From the NCBI RefSeq assembly GCF_006345805.1, contig NC_042997.1, positions 213,218,001 through 213,282,000 on the forward strand: 64,000 nt of DNA, written 5' to 3'. Made by a program: the position numbers and the translations under genes. The stretch's first letter is position 1. Each line of letters begins with the position of its first letter. This stretch comes from Octopus sinensis (Eukaryota). The notes beneath the pieces are model-generated. The model did no database searches. It saw only the letters and a program-made list of their open reading frames with translations, and was not told the DNA's origin. This document shows, piece after piece, positions 12,754 through 24,920 of this stretch.

Positions 12754-12856
12754 GGACGCCGATGCATCTTGAAAGACTGTTGTGCTATTGCTGACAATAC
12801 TGTCTTGCCTCCAGAAACAGTTGTGCCCCCCTTTACTCTATTTTCCGGTTCACCTG
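12754..12856 (+). CDS. DCTN5: DCTN5 coding exon (equivalent to exon 5)
   Basis: ccatcAG acceptor and CCTG|GTATGT donor; 103 nt, [35 protein letters not shown]. Confidence 0.97.
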
Positions 12857-13573
12857 GTATGTGCTTTATGCTCCACTAATTCCTCGATATTATTTTACCC
12901 ATAAATACTTTTTAAATAACTCTAATCTTTTGGCTGAGTACTCCACAGGTTTCTTATGTTATTTATTTCTGTTTCAAGAATATATTTCATTTGAAACAAG
13001 ATGCAGGTGTGATTGTGTGATTAAGAAGCTTACTTCTCATCTGTGTGGTCTTGGGTTCAGTCCCACTGTGCAGCAGTACTTTAGGCAAGTGTCTTGAGCT
13101 GACCAACGCCTTGCAAGTGGATGTGGTAGGCAGAAACTGAAAGAAGCCTGTTGTGTGTGTGTACATGCATTCTTGTCTTCATATCATGTGATGGTTGTAA
13201 ACAAGATCCCCATCATAATAAGCAATGCCATTCATTGTTAAATGTAGACAATCTACCTCAACAAATCCATCTGACCCCTACCAGCTTGGAAAAAAAAGGG
13301 GACACTAAGTGATGCTGGTTGCACGAGCAGATATTCTTGTTTGTGCTGGTGATGTTAAAAAAATATATGAAGCAAAAGAATGCCTTCAGAAGATTGAGAG
13401 CAATAAAATTACCAAAATTTAATGTTTTTAAGAGAAAGCAAAGAAATATTATTTCACTAAATGATTCCATCTCCACACCGTGGTACATTAGAAACCTTTA
13501 AATTCCTTTCACATCCATAATTGATATTTCATGTAATTTCCATTTAACTTTATTTTGATCATTTTATTTACAG

Positions 13574-13674
13574 GTCGATTTTGCGGAGAACTACCAGAGT
13601 GTACACTTGAAATGATGTTTGATGTAACCAAAGGTTTTTATCAGAACTTCGTGCCTCTAAATAAAAGCAAATAG
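13574..13674 (+). CDS. DCTN5: DCTN5 terminal coding exon
   Basis: tttacAG acceptor; (G)[35 protein letters not shown] at 13672-13674; matches the recalled DCTN5 C-terminus ([22 protein letters not shown]). Confidence 0.96.
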
Positions 13675-14839
13675 AAAAATCTCCCTATTTATATATATAT
13701 ATTTCATGTAAGTATATTTCAATTCATCATCATTTAATGTCCATGCTGGCATGGATTGCATGATTTGGAAGGCTGCACCAGACTCCACTCTGATTTGACA
13801 TGGTTTTCTACGGGTGGCTGCGTTTATAAACAACTCTGAATAATATTAAGAATGGTGTTTATCTGGTGCTTATTCAACATTACATGGAAGATTAAGTCCA
13901 GCAATGTAAGCTATGACTTCTGCAAATCTCATGACCTCTTCTGTTCCAATTTGGAAGTGTGTAGTAGGTATCTGAGCATGAAATTAAACATTGACATATT
14001 TCTAGTGGTTCTTTAAATACTGAATTCAAATCTTGCTGAGGTCACCTTTGCCTTTCATCTTATCCACCAACCACTCCAAGAGTGTAATGGGTGTTTATAC
14101 ATGCCATTTGCATGACACCAGGTTTTTTTTTTATGTGTACTACTGGCACAGGAGCCAATTTGTATGACATCAGTGTCTGCCATATTAAATGGCAGACACA
14201 CTGGTATCTGCCAATTGTTAGAATATATTCAAAAGGATGTTAAAAACCTTCATCCACTAAGTTTGTGTGTCGTGTTTAGTTAGGATGTGGAGTGTAAGCA
14301 ATGCAGGCAAAGGAGCTGGTGACGGTAAACAGAAAGTAGATATCTATACATGTGGTGGAAGAAAGCCAGGGCATTGTAAGAATGGAAGTTTGACTGCATC
14401 AATAAAGAACTGATTCTGTAGTCTCCAGAGTTTCTTCAGGCAATTGACTAAAGCTGAGTGTTGCTTTTGAAAGGAAGGCAGTGAGCTAGCAAAACACTTG
14501 GTGGAATTTGAGTTCAGAACATAAAGACAGACAAACTTTCTCTTTGAGTTCAACTTTACCTTTCATAAGTATCAGTTAAGCTTTGGGATCAAACATAATT
14601 GGCTTAGTCCACATTCTCCTGAAATTTCTAGTCTTTGCCAAAATTAATTTTGAAAGGTGTAGTGATGGAAACCCTTTAGAATTCACATTGTTTTGTCAAA
14701 TACAATGCTTATATATTTGCATATTGATTTAAATTAATCATGCATTATCTTGTAGCTCTGAGACTTCAAAGATGTAATAGTACAATGGTGTTCTTAGGTA
14801 GATGTGAGTCTAGATCTGCCTGGTTTGAACAGAAAATTT

Positions 14840-14964
14840 GGGGCCAGATATTGCCAGCTTAAATGCTAAAGGGTTAATGGGATATTAGGTGCATCTGGTA
14901 TTAAGGCTTAATACCAGATGCTCCTAATATCCCTTTAGCATTTAAGCTGGCAATATCTGGCCCC
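14840..14964. repeat. 125-bp near-perfect palindrome built from piggyBac-like MITE ends
   Basis: ggggccagatattgccagcttaaatgctaaaggg pairs with ccctttagcatttaagctggcaatatctggcccc; inner 27-bp stem 14879-14905/14907-14933 has 1 mismatch; the TTAA|CCCTTTAGCA terminus also occurs at 27631. Confidence 0.9.
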
Positions 14965-17900
14965 TAATTATGGTATCTGGTATTAAGCCTTACTATAAGA
15001 AGGGAGTTTTGATATTTCAAACAAGGCCCTTTTAAGTGTGTTGAAGGCCATGAATGAAGCTGCCCTTATTTGTGTTATAAATCAAAAGGTAAATTGATTT
15101 ATTTTACAAACTTGAAAGGCAAATTTCTTCTAATTATTACTCAAAGCTAAAATAGAAAATACAAAATTTTTTTTAAAATTCTGCTGAAGTTTGTCAGTAT
15201 TTTTAATAAGCTTCATCTTATTTCATTGATTTCTTTCAGTTTCCAATTTTCAAGAGTTTATAGACTTTATTGGTGTACTTCATTGAGAAATTTTTTTTTT
15301 TTAAAGCAACACTGAAAATATTCCAATTTGAAATCCTTTTTTGGCAAACAGTAAATGTAATTAGCTTTCAATTAACAAATTGCTATTTTTGTCTTCTTTC
15401 AGATCACATTCATTTCAGTGGTGAAAGTGGAACAAGTTTAGTCACACATGCAACAGTTTGTTCCATTTATTGTTTATCAGACCAAGTCAAAATACTGTGC
15501 TACCTGCTTTCACATTTTGCTGGAAAATAAAATCATTTACTTTGAAAATACAAAGCTAAATCACATGAACTCCTCTTTTTATCAGATTCTAAAGCTTCTG
15601 TTTTTTTTCATACTTTTATGAATCAATTTATGGTTTATATGAATTGCAGTTGGTTTTTTTTTGGGTTTCAGTACAATCAGTGTTTTGTATTTACCTCATT
15701 GTGAGGCAACAGATTCCTGTTCTATTGGTGCTGTACATCGGATTCCAAACTTTAACATATGTACTGACACCACACAAACAAAACACCAATAGCTTATGGT
15801 TTACTGTAGCATGTGAGTAGCCAACCCACAAACCACACGCTGTTGTACTTTCACGTCCAACTCCAGTTATTGGTCGTTTTATTATTTTTAAGATGGCAGA
15901 ATCCTTAGCGGCATTTTGTCCCTCATGTTCTGAATTCAAATTCCACCAAGGTCAACTTTGCCTTTCCCCCCTTTTTTTTTTTTTTTTTTAGGGTGGATGA
16001 AAGAAGTACCAGTTACACACTGGGGTTGTAATCGACTAGCCCCCCTCCCACAATGTTCCAGGCCTTCTGCTTATTAGTAGAAAGGATAATTATGAAGGTG
16101 GCAGAATTGTTTTTTGTGCTTAGCAGCCGTTTCGTCCATCTTTGCATTGAGATCAGATCCCAACATGGTTGACTTTCATCCTTTTCGGGGTCAATGTAAT
16201 CAGCTACCCACTTCCCAAAATTGCCGGCCTTGTGCTAAAATACGAATCCATTATTACTGTATAAAAAATGGTGACGTATAGCACATTGCAGTATTTAATT
16301 ATATTTTTAAATTCAGATCCTACCAAAGTTAATTGACTTCCAGAAGTGAGGAGGGGGGGGGGGAATAGGGGCCAATAAAATAAGTAGCAGGTTATGGTGG
16401 TGAGGATCTAATCAATTCCTCCTCCTCCTCCTGCTGCCACTATTATAATTAGAGAATAAAAAAATAAATTTTAGAATGTATTTCCGGTCATATTGAATTG
16501 TTTGCAGTTTTAAAGTGTTAACATTTCCTGCAGCACAATAATTTTGGTAATTCTGCTCCAGCTTCTTTTGGTTATTTCATGCAATGAGGTAATTAGAAAT
16601 CTTTTATCTATTTATTTAATTTTTCTTGATGGGAGGGGTCATATTTTCATTTGTGTCCTACAGTTGCTCAACAAATTATTCATTGAATAAATACATTAAT
16701 TAAAATATCTCAGTAAAATAGTAATCAGTGGGGGTTTTTTTTCAACCATATTGAACATTGTAAACTAATAAATGAACAGATCTTTGATCCTAGTTTCAGA
16801 CTACACACGTTTGTCCTTTTGTTTTTTATTTTGGAATTTTAAATATTCCAGGTGTAATTTTTTTTCAAGCCAGTGGCAGAAGTTTAACAGAGATTTGACT
16901 GTTATTTCTAACAGGTCAAGTCATCTCTGAGCCTCTCCACATTAACATTTTTTCAAGAGGTGGAATGGTTGATGGTATCAAAGAATGAAGATATTCAAAG
17001 ATGAATAGTCTGTTTCTTTGCATTTTCTTTCCAGTTTTAATTATTGTTAAAAAACAATTTAAGATTTACCTTTGTAAAAATTCTTTGAATTGACCTTGAA
17101 CAAATTCCAAGTATTTCCGATTCTCTTCATCTCATCCACTGGACAAATTACATCCTTGAGGAACATAGTCCTGTGAGCTAATCCTTCATTAGATCTTATT
17201 CTTTAATCCTTCTTCAATAATCACAAAATTAAGAATATTTCTTGATTAATTGTGATATATTTGAAAGAAAAAAAAAACACTGGTGAAAAAGAGGAAAATT
17301 AGTTTTGGACCATTTTTATTAAAAATAATTTATTTACAGGACACTGTATATTAACAGAATGTATGATGTTATTTTTGCCTCCTAGTCATTGTAAAATTTA
17401 GACAAATAAATTAACTTATGAAAACTTTTAATTTTCCATACTTATTTATTAGTCAAATGAAAAAATTAAATTAAAACAAAATTGATAAAATTAATTACAA
17501 AAATAATTTCAAGTCATTCATTCATCAGATCTTGTAGTTTTTCAAAAAATAACCACAATTTTTTAAAAACAACATTCAACCCTAAAATATATAACAGCAA
17601 TAAAAATGATCAAATGAAATAAAATGAGAACAAATTTAACAGCAAACCTAAAAATATATTCTTCTTTGAAAAAAAAAACAAAAAAAAAAAGATTCTACAA
17701 TTTAACCAATAACTGAAGATTTATGATACCATCTCCATTTGTAGAGTCAGTTTAGTTTGTTGTCCACTTTGTTAATATATTTAAAATATAGTCAACTAAA
17801 ATTATATGAGCAAAAGATTTTTTTTCATTAAATCTGCTTTTAAAAGGAATTGGGACGTTGAGATATTTGAGGAAATGGCAGTTTTCTTTGTAGGCAGAGC

Positions 17901-18452
17901 TCTCTCTCATCCACACACCATCAACTGTGATATATTCCAGTTATATCAACCATATTCTTTCTCCTTTCCACCTGTAACCTACTTGGTACCTCAAAGTTCA
18001 TGTAAAGCATAAAACTCTTCACTTCTCCTTAATCCGTAATATACAAATGTCATCTATGCATCTTGCAATTATTGGTCTCATATTCATAGCCCCCAAAAAA
18101 TAACCTTCCTCTCTATTGGAAAATATTTCAGCCCTAAAACAGCTGCTGATTCTCTACAAAGCACAAGCAGAAGCTACAATAGAATAAACTTTCCATATTT
18201 GAGATGACACAGCTTCTAGACACAAATTCTATATTATCACATGCCTGATTGATAACAAACTCCAACTGCTGTGTCACAGGCATACACCATCCTCACTCTG
18301 CTTCTATTGTTCTTACTACAGCAATTCAATTCATATCGTCAATATTCAACTCCAACCATATCTTAGTCCTATCCACCCATAATGTCATCACCCCCTCCAA
18401 GTACCAATTTGACTGGTGAAAGTCAAGGACAACCCATCCCCACCTTCTAGAC

Positions 18453-18671
18453 CAGTGGTTCTCATCCAATTTTTTTTTTTACCATGGACCTCTTTGATTT
18501 CTATTTTACTTGGGTGGACCCTCAAAGCCATTCGATCCTTTAAAAATCCTATTATATTTTTAGAATGAAATGTATAAAAAAAAAATTCATTGAAATATTT
18601 CTTTAAGTAAAACCAATTTATTGCAGATAAAGTTTAGTAAAATTTACATGGACCCTAGTTGAGAACCACTT
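18453..18671. mobile_element. hAT (Charlie/Buster-like) MITE, 219 bp
   Basis: TIRs cagtggttctca / tgagaaccact(t); perfect 8-bp TSD ttctagac at 18445-18452 and 18672-18679, fitting the NTCTAGAN hAT target preference. Confidence 0.9.
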
Positions 18672-19305
18672 TTCTAGACTAAAACCATAATAAAACACTG
18701 GACACAACAGCCCCTCAATGGACTTGAATGTATAGTCCCCCCCCCCAATCAAATTTATCATTTTCAACCTCAGCTACAATTTCATTATGGCCAGTCTTAA
18801 TTATGTTATTGTCTATATGGAGGAGAAACAAAACAAAGTATGACACAATCACAGCTGTAAATATTCTATTATGGGTTGTTGCATGATAAAATGGTAATTT
18901 ATGTCTATACGATACTATAGGAAAGCTGTTCTTCAATATAAGATATGTTTTTTGCTGTTCAGGGCTTTAAAAATGTTTTCTGAAACAATGAAGTATTATT
19001 TTTAAAAATGAAAAAAAATAAATATGATATGAATTGATGGAAAAATACTAAAAAAATACCAGTTGCAATTGGTAAAAATATAACAATCATTAGCTTCATG
19101 TCTGTGATTCCAATTTTTATAAAATTGGTGCACAGTCCTTAATTCTTTTTAATCTTTATATTTAGAAGGCTGATTCAGAAAACATTTTCACCAAATTAAA
19201 AAAAAATAGTATTAACAATTTCAACTGATTGTTGGAAAAATACTTCAGTATATATTTATATAAGAGTGTGAATGGAGCATGACTAATTTCACAGAAAACA
19301 TTGAA

Positions 19306-19509
19306 CTAGTTATTAGCACAAGCATCAGCAGAGGTAAACAGATGTAAGACATTCACTAAAATAAACATTATTATGGAACCTACGGCTGAACCTGCTTGGG
19401 ACACAGCACCATACCAATACATACCTTTCCTGCCTTGTCTGCGGAAGATTGTTGCAATGGAGAGTTTGGAGTAGGTTATAAATATTGCAACAAGGCACCA
19501 TGATATAAC
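19306..19509 (-). CDS. SLC52A3: SLC52-family riboflavin transporter, terminal coding exon
   Basis: Minus-strand ctgttacAG acceptor; VISWCLVAIFITYSKLSIATIFRRQGRKGMYWYGAVSQAGSAVGSIIMFILVNVLHLFTSADACANN* matches the recalled SLC52 C-terminus (SYVKV...[25 protein letters not shown]); phase 0 joins the upstream exon. The ORF track shows a different frame here. Confidence 0.93.
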   Translation of the reverse strand, partial: VISWCLVAIFITYSKLSIATIFRRQGRKGMYWYGAVSQAGSAVGSIIMFILVNVLHLFTSADACANN

Positions 19510-20060
19510 CTGTAACAGAAAGTAAAAACATATTTTAATATTATGAGGAAAGGAACAATACCATGTTCTCCATGGGACAAGCTAGATGAGACAGACCTAT
19601 GATCAAAGGAGGCTCAAGCCTTGATTATTAATCTATTTTGAAGAAATAACATGCCTTGGACAACAATCCAATGAGATTTTTTTAAGGCAGTAAATTGTGA
19701 ACTGAGGGAGATTTAGCTCCTCTTTCTAGCATAGTAGTTAGATTGCAGAGAGCTGTGGCTCACATTTTAGGAGAAATAAAAATGTTTAGGTGCACTTTAA
19801 AATGTATTAAAGAAATATATTTTCACCTATAAATATAATTTAAAGTTGAGGAAATTTTGTTGTTGTAGAAACAAAGCATTATTGATGAGAAACAGCTTGA
19901 AGGATTTTTTGCCAACATCTAATTAAAAGTATTTAACAATGCTAACTCCTTCACATACTCCTCTGAAGGTAAATCCTCTTACATCTGCTACTTCCGAGGT
20001 AACTCCTTCATCTCCTACTCAGAGGTTTAGTTAGATTAAGCTGTTTGTCATTATATTCTA

Positions 20061-20400
20061 TTATTCGTTCGTGGCCGTTGCTAGCGCTGCCCCGACTGGC
20101 CTCCATGCCGGTGGCATGTAAAAGCACCATCCGTTCGTGGCTGTTGCCAGCCTCGCCTGGCCCCCGTGCCGGTGGCACGTAAAAGCACCATCCGTTCGTG
20201 GACGTTTGCCAGCACCGTCTGGCACGTAAAAAGCACCCATTACACTCGCGGAGTGGTTGGCGTTAGGAAGGGCATCCAGCCGTAGAAACACTGCCAGATC
20301 AGACTGGGCCTGATGCAGCCTTCTGGCTTCCCAGACCCCAGTTGAACCATCCAACCCATGCTAGCATGGAAAACGGACGCTAAATGATGATGATGGTGAT
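20061..20400 (+). mobile_element. RTE 3' UTR fragment with ~61-bp internal repeats
   Basis: ggcacgtaaaagcaccatccgttcgtgg units followed by the conserved tail. Similar plus-oriented copies lie at 22160-22575, 27760-28072 and 34960-35510; minus-oriented copies at 4100-4290, 26885-27090 and 43585-44000. Confidence 0.85.
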
Positions 20401-22769
20401 TTCAATGGCACATCTAGCTACACTTTTCAACCCACCAATTTGTCACAGTAGTGAACAAGGCCAACGTTATGCTGAAGCACCACTTTGGTGAACTTTAAAG
20501 CAAATATCAGCTGATATGAGATAATGTTTATATTGATGTTCAAAACTGCCATCTCATCAGATGTGGAAATGATTCGATGAGAGTACCATCAAACAAGAAT
20601 ATTGCACTCAATATCACCTTACAGTGTGGATTATTTTAGAAACAGTATCAATCCTAATAGGAAATTCGCATCCAAGTTGGCAGAATTGTTCGCAGCATTC
20701 CGTTCATCTTTATGTTCAGAGTTCAAATTCAACAAAGGCAGACTTTGCCTTTCATCCTTTTGGGGTCAATAAATAGGTCCCAGTTGAGCACTGGGGTCGA
20801 TATAATTGATTTAACTCTTCCTTGAAGTTGCTGGCCTTGTGCCAAAAGTTGAAACCAATATCAAATTGCAGTCAACTTTCCCTGATCCTACTCCAAACAA
20901 TACACTCATCATGTGTTTCACTTAATTTTCAAAATAATCAAGAATTTGGAGTGATTTCATAGAATTGACCAGAAATTTAGGAGAAAGAGTCGATTGTATT
21001 GAGCCTAGTATATGACAGGTACTTTGTTAAATCAACTTTGGAAAGCTGAAAGGTAAAGTTGATGTTGTCAGGAAATAAACTCAAAATGCAAACAGGTAGA
21101 ACAAATATATCATCATCATTTAACATCCATTTTCCATGCTGGCATGAGTTGGACAGGAGCTACCACCAATTTCCAATCTGTTTTGGTATCATTTCTACAA
21201 CTGAATGCCCTTCCTAACACCAACTAGTTGACAGAGTGCACTGGGTGCTTTATCATGGCACCAGAACCAACAGGATCACCAGGTAAGGCATTTTGTTCAA
21301 TGCCCTTAGGGGTAGGCACTGACAATAATATATAGCTTTAAAATCCACCCCAAAAATGTTAGAAAATAATGAATTTACAAATCCATCTTGTCCATATACG
21401 AAAGGTTATAAGATGATTGAATCACTCCCTCATATATTACTGGTATTTTTATTTCTACAACCACATACAACTAGAAAACGAAATTAACCTCAGTAGTATT
21501 TGAACTCTAGACCAAGACATAACTACATACCACAGCAAAACTCAGCATCTTACCATTTTTGCTCCTTTACCAATTTCACCCATTTTAGCCAGACATAAAG
21601 TTCTATTGTGGATGTTCAGATTTTTTAAGAATATTTAACCAACTTTGGAAGCTGAACCCTCCCCAGATTGATCCTAGTTTTACGATTCCTGTTTCAAAGT
21701 GATCTGAATTGAAACTTCCAACAAAATTTCATTTTAATCTGTGTTCTATACGGTAAATAACAAATTCATTGAAGTTATTTTGCTAAATTCATTATTTTAA
21801 AAATTACTGGAAACAATAGCATTTTTCAACAGAAATATGGTAACAAAAAAGTTCAATAGTATTTTACCAATCTTTAATTGTTAGTTCTTGAACTGTGATG
21901 TGTATACACGTGTGTGTGTGTGTGTGTGTGTGTGAGGGAGAGAAACACGTGGTTTGAAAACCTCATGCTCTATATAATTCTTCAGCATTTTGACTCAGTT
22001 TAAACTGCATAAATAATCGTTGATGCTGGGACACTACCATAACATGCAGCCCATCTGATATTTCAACACTCAGCATAACAGCAACACAAACAAACCTACA
22101 AAGGAGCAACTGCATAATCACACAATGTACAAGAAACAGCAACCTAATCTCTCTCAAATCACATTAGCCATGTGCCAGTGGCACATGACCTGCTGTGCTT
22201 TGCTTGAGGAGACCTACTGAGTCAAGTACATAAACATCAAAATGAATATCAAATGGAAATTGCAGTTGTGATACCTGTGCCGGTGGCACGTAAAAAGCAC
22301 CATCCGGACATGGCCGATGCCAGCGCTGCCTTGACTGGCTTCTGTGCCGGTGGCACATAAAAACCACCAACCGATCGTGGTCACTGCCAGCCTCCCCTGG
22401 CACGTAAAAAGCACCCACTACACTCACGGAGTGGTTGGCGTTAGGAAGGGCATTCAGCAATAGAAACACTGCTAGATCAGACTGGAGCCTGGTGCAGCCT
22501 TCTGGCTTCCCAGACCCTGGTTGAACCGTCCAACCCATGCTAGCACGGGAAGCAGACGTTAAACGATGATGATGAAGGACACATTAAATAAATTGGTCCT
22601 TGGTACACTATTCCTGAAAATCAATAGATGGAATAATCAAGAGTTTGATTGCATCTGACCAAAAGCTTTTTTTAAATCAGGCTTTAAAAACAACAACAAT
22701 ACACAAACCATAACAGCCAAGTGCTCAGTATATTGCATTCACTGTCCACACCATTAATCATCAGACCTC

Positions 22770-23185
22770 TCACTCTACACTTATACACTTACACATCACA
22801 GTGTAAACTGGTTTATAGCACACATCAAAATATACAATGTCATACACCAAACAATTATGGTGTGTACAGTTGTACACCTCAATTCACAGCAAAAATTATC
22901 ATACACTCCACATCACAACACATACTGCTGTATACAGCATTGTACACACAACACAGCATACACTGTGACAAACCACACATTGTTGTGCACCACATATCAC
23001 GGTGTGCAATGTTGTACACCATACTTCACACTGTTGTACAGCACAGATCAGAGTATGCACTGTTGTTAATCAGTTATACACTGCTATACACCACATCCAA
23101 ATACACACAGTTGTACTCCACACATCACTGTGCTACACACTAAACTTCACAGTCTACACTGTCATACACCACACATCACACTCTT
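22770..23185. repeat. Degenerate ~29-bp minisatellite (consensus ~cagtgtacactgttgtacaccacacatca)
   Basis: Roughly 14 eroded units ending in catca/cttca; explains the His/Tyr/Thr-rich spurious ORFs at 22721-23373. Confidence 0.65.
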
Positions 23186-23604
23186 GTGACATTGAGCTAC
23201 AATCAAAGGACGTGCAGAATCTAATGGCAGTTTTAAACAAGAGAATTATAAACTCTCATCTAGAGGTGAACAGTTCTTGTCGGCTCATAACAGTACTTAA
23301 AACTCATCACTGCATGATAATAATCCCCAGTCACACAGTTCTCACAGTATTTACAACTTGTTATGACAAGTGACATAGAGAAGAGGTAAGCTACAGAACC
23401 TCCTCTTTCAACAGGCAGTTAAAACTATATTTTCTTTACTCATACCATTGCAAACATGGGACCATCACAACATCCATATCCCTTACCAGACAAATCTGAG
23501 GCACAGTGTCTTGCCCAAACAAATCCATACTGATATGATATAAACCAGTTTGGCGTGAAATACTATGGTCAATTTTTATTACTTTTCATAAAAAAACTTC
23601 ACCA

Positions 23605-24920
23605 TAATCATCACCATGTAACATCCACTTTCCATGCCGGCATGGATTAGATTGCTCAGCTGGAACTCGTAGACTGGAGAGCTGCTTCTGGTTCCAGTTT
23701 GAATCTAGCTTAACTTCTACAATCGGATGACCTTCCTAATGCCAACCACTCCAAGAGTTAGAGATCGGCACTTCTTTATGCAGCTGTCCTCATCTATCTG
23801 CATCACATGACCATACCAGCACAGACACCTCTCTTGCACACCACATCTGATGCCTCTTTTGCCCAATTTTTCTCTCAAGATGCTTACACTAAGTCATACA
23901 TGCACACAGACATTGCACATCCAATGGGGCATACTAGCTTCATTTCTTTCAAGCTTTCACATGTCCCCTATGGTTGCAGCCTATGTTTCACTGCCATGTA
24001 GCATGGCTGATTGCACACAGGCATCATACATTCTTCTTTTCATTCTGAGGAAGAGACCCTTTGTTGCCAACAAAGGTAAGAAGCTCTCTAAACTTTGCCC
24101 AGCCATTCTTATTCTAGTAGCTATGCTTTCACAGCATCCCCCTCCACTGCTGACTTGGTCACCAAGAAAATGAAAGCTATTTACTGCTTCTAGGAGTCCC
24201 CACTGGCATTTAATAGTCTATTTTCTGTATATTTCAAATGTTTACTGCACCTGTGCATCTGCTGCAGACAAAGACTGTTAACTTTCCTCTGATATTGCAG
24301 CACCTCTTATGTATCCGTAGCTTGCACTGGGTACACATTATAGAGTTTCTACATACTGAGCAGAGCCATCTACCTGAAGGGATTTGTAATTTGTTAGCTT
24401 GCCTACTAACACTTTAGTTTTTGCTAAATTAACTCTGAGGCCCTTGCATGCCAGGCTTTGCCTCCACTCCTGAAATTTCTTCTCTAGTTCAGGTAGTGAT
24501 TTGACCATTATAGGTCATCAGCATAAAGGAGCTCCCAGGGGCAGCCTATCTTAAATTCCTCTGCTATTGCTTGGAGGTTTATGATGAACAAGAAGGGGAC
24601 TGAGGACTGATCCTTGGTGGACCCCTACTTGGCTTGTACAGCTCTCACCAGCCACTCCTCTATCCCCAGTTTTTGCAATGACCACCAGATAAGGGAGCAG
24701 AGAACCATGTCAAAGGCTTTCTCTGTGTCAACATAAGCCAAGTACAGAGGTTTACTTTTGGCTAGGTGCTTCTGCAAGTGTCTTACCAGGAATATAGCAT
24801 CAGTGGTGCCTTTCCCTGGCACATAACTGCATCTCATCTAGCTTAACTCTCTTCCTAGTTAGTCGGGCTATGACCCTCTCCATAACTTTCATCACCTGAT
24901 CTAACAGCTTGATACCTTTA
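23605..24920 (-). mobile_element. Degenerate RTE LINE fragment in the SLC52 intron
   Basis: VPGKGTTDAIF...KAFDMV RT motifs and an LLYADDL-like segment; homologous to other RTE copies. Confidence 0.85.

Larger units (their letters stand above)
12181..14066 (+). repeat. 237-bp dispersed direct duplication (12181-12417 and 13830-14066)
   Basis: Both copies run acaactctgaataatattaag...cctttcatcttatcca with only scattered substitutions. Confidence 0.95.

Noticed and set aside
22721-23373. His/Tyr/Thr-rich overlapping ORFs
   Set aside because: Artefact of the degenerate 29-bp minisatellite.
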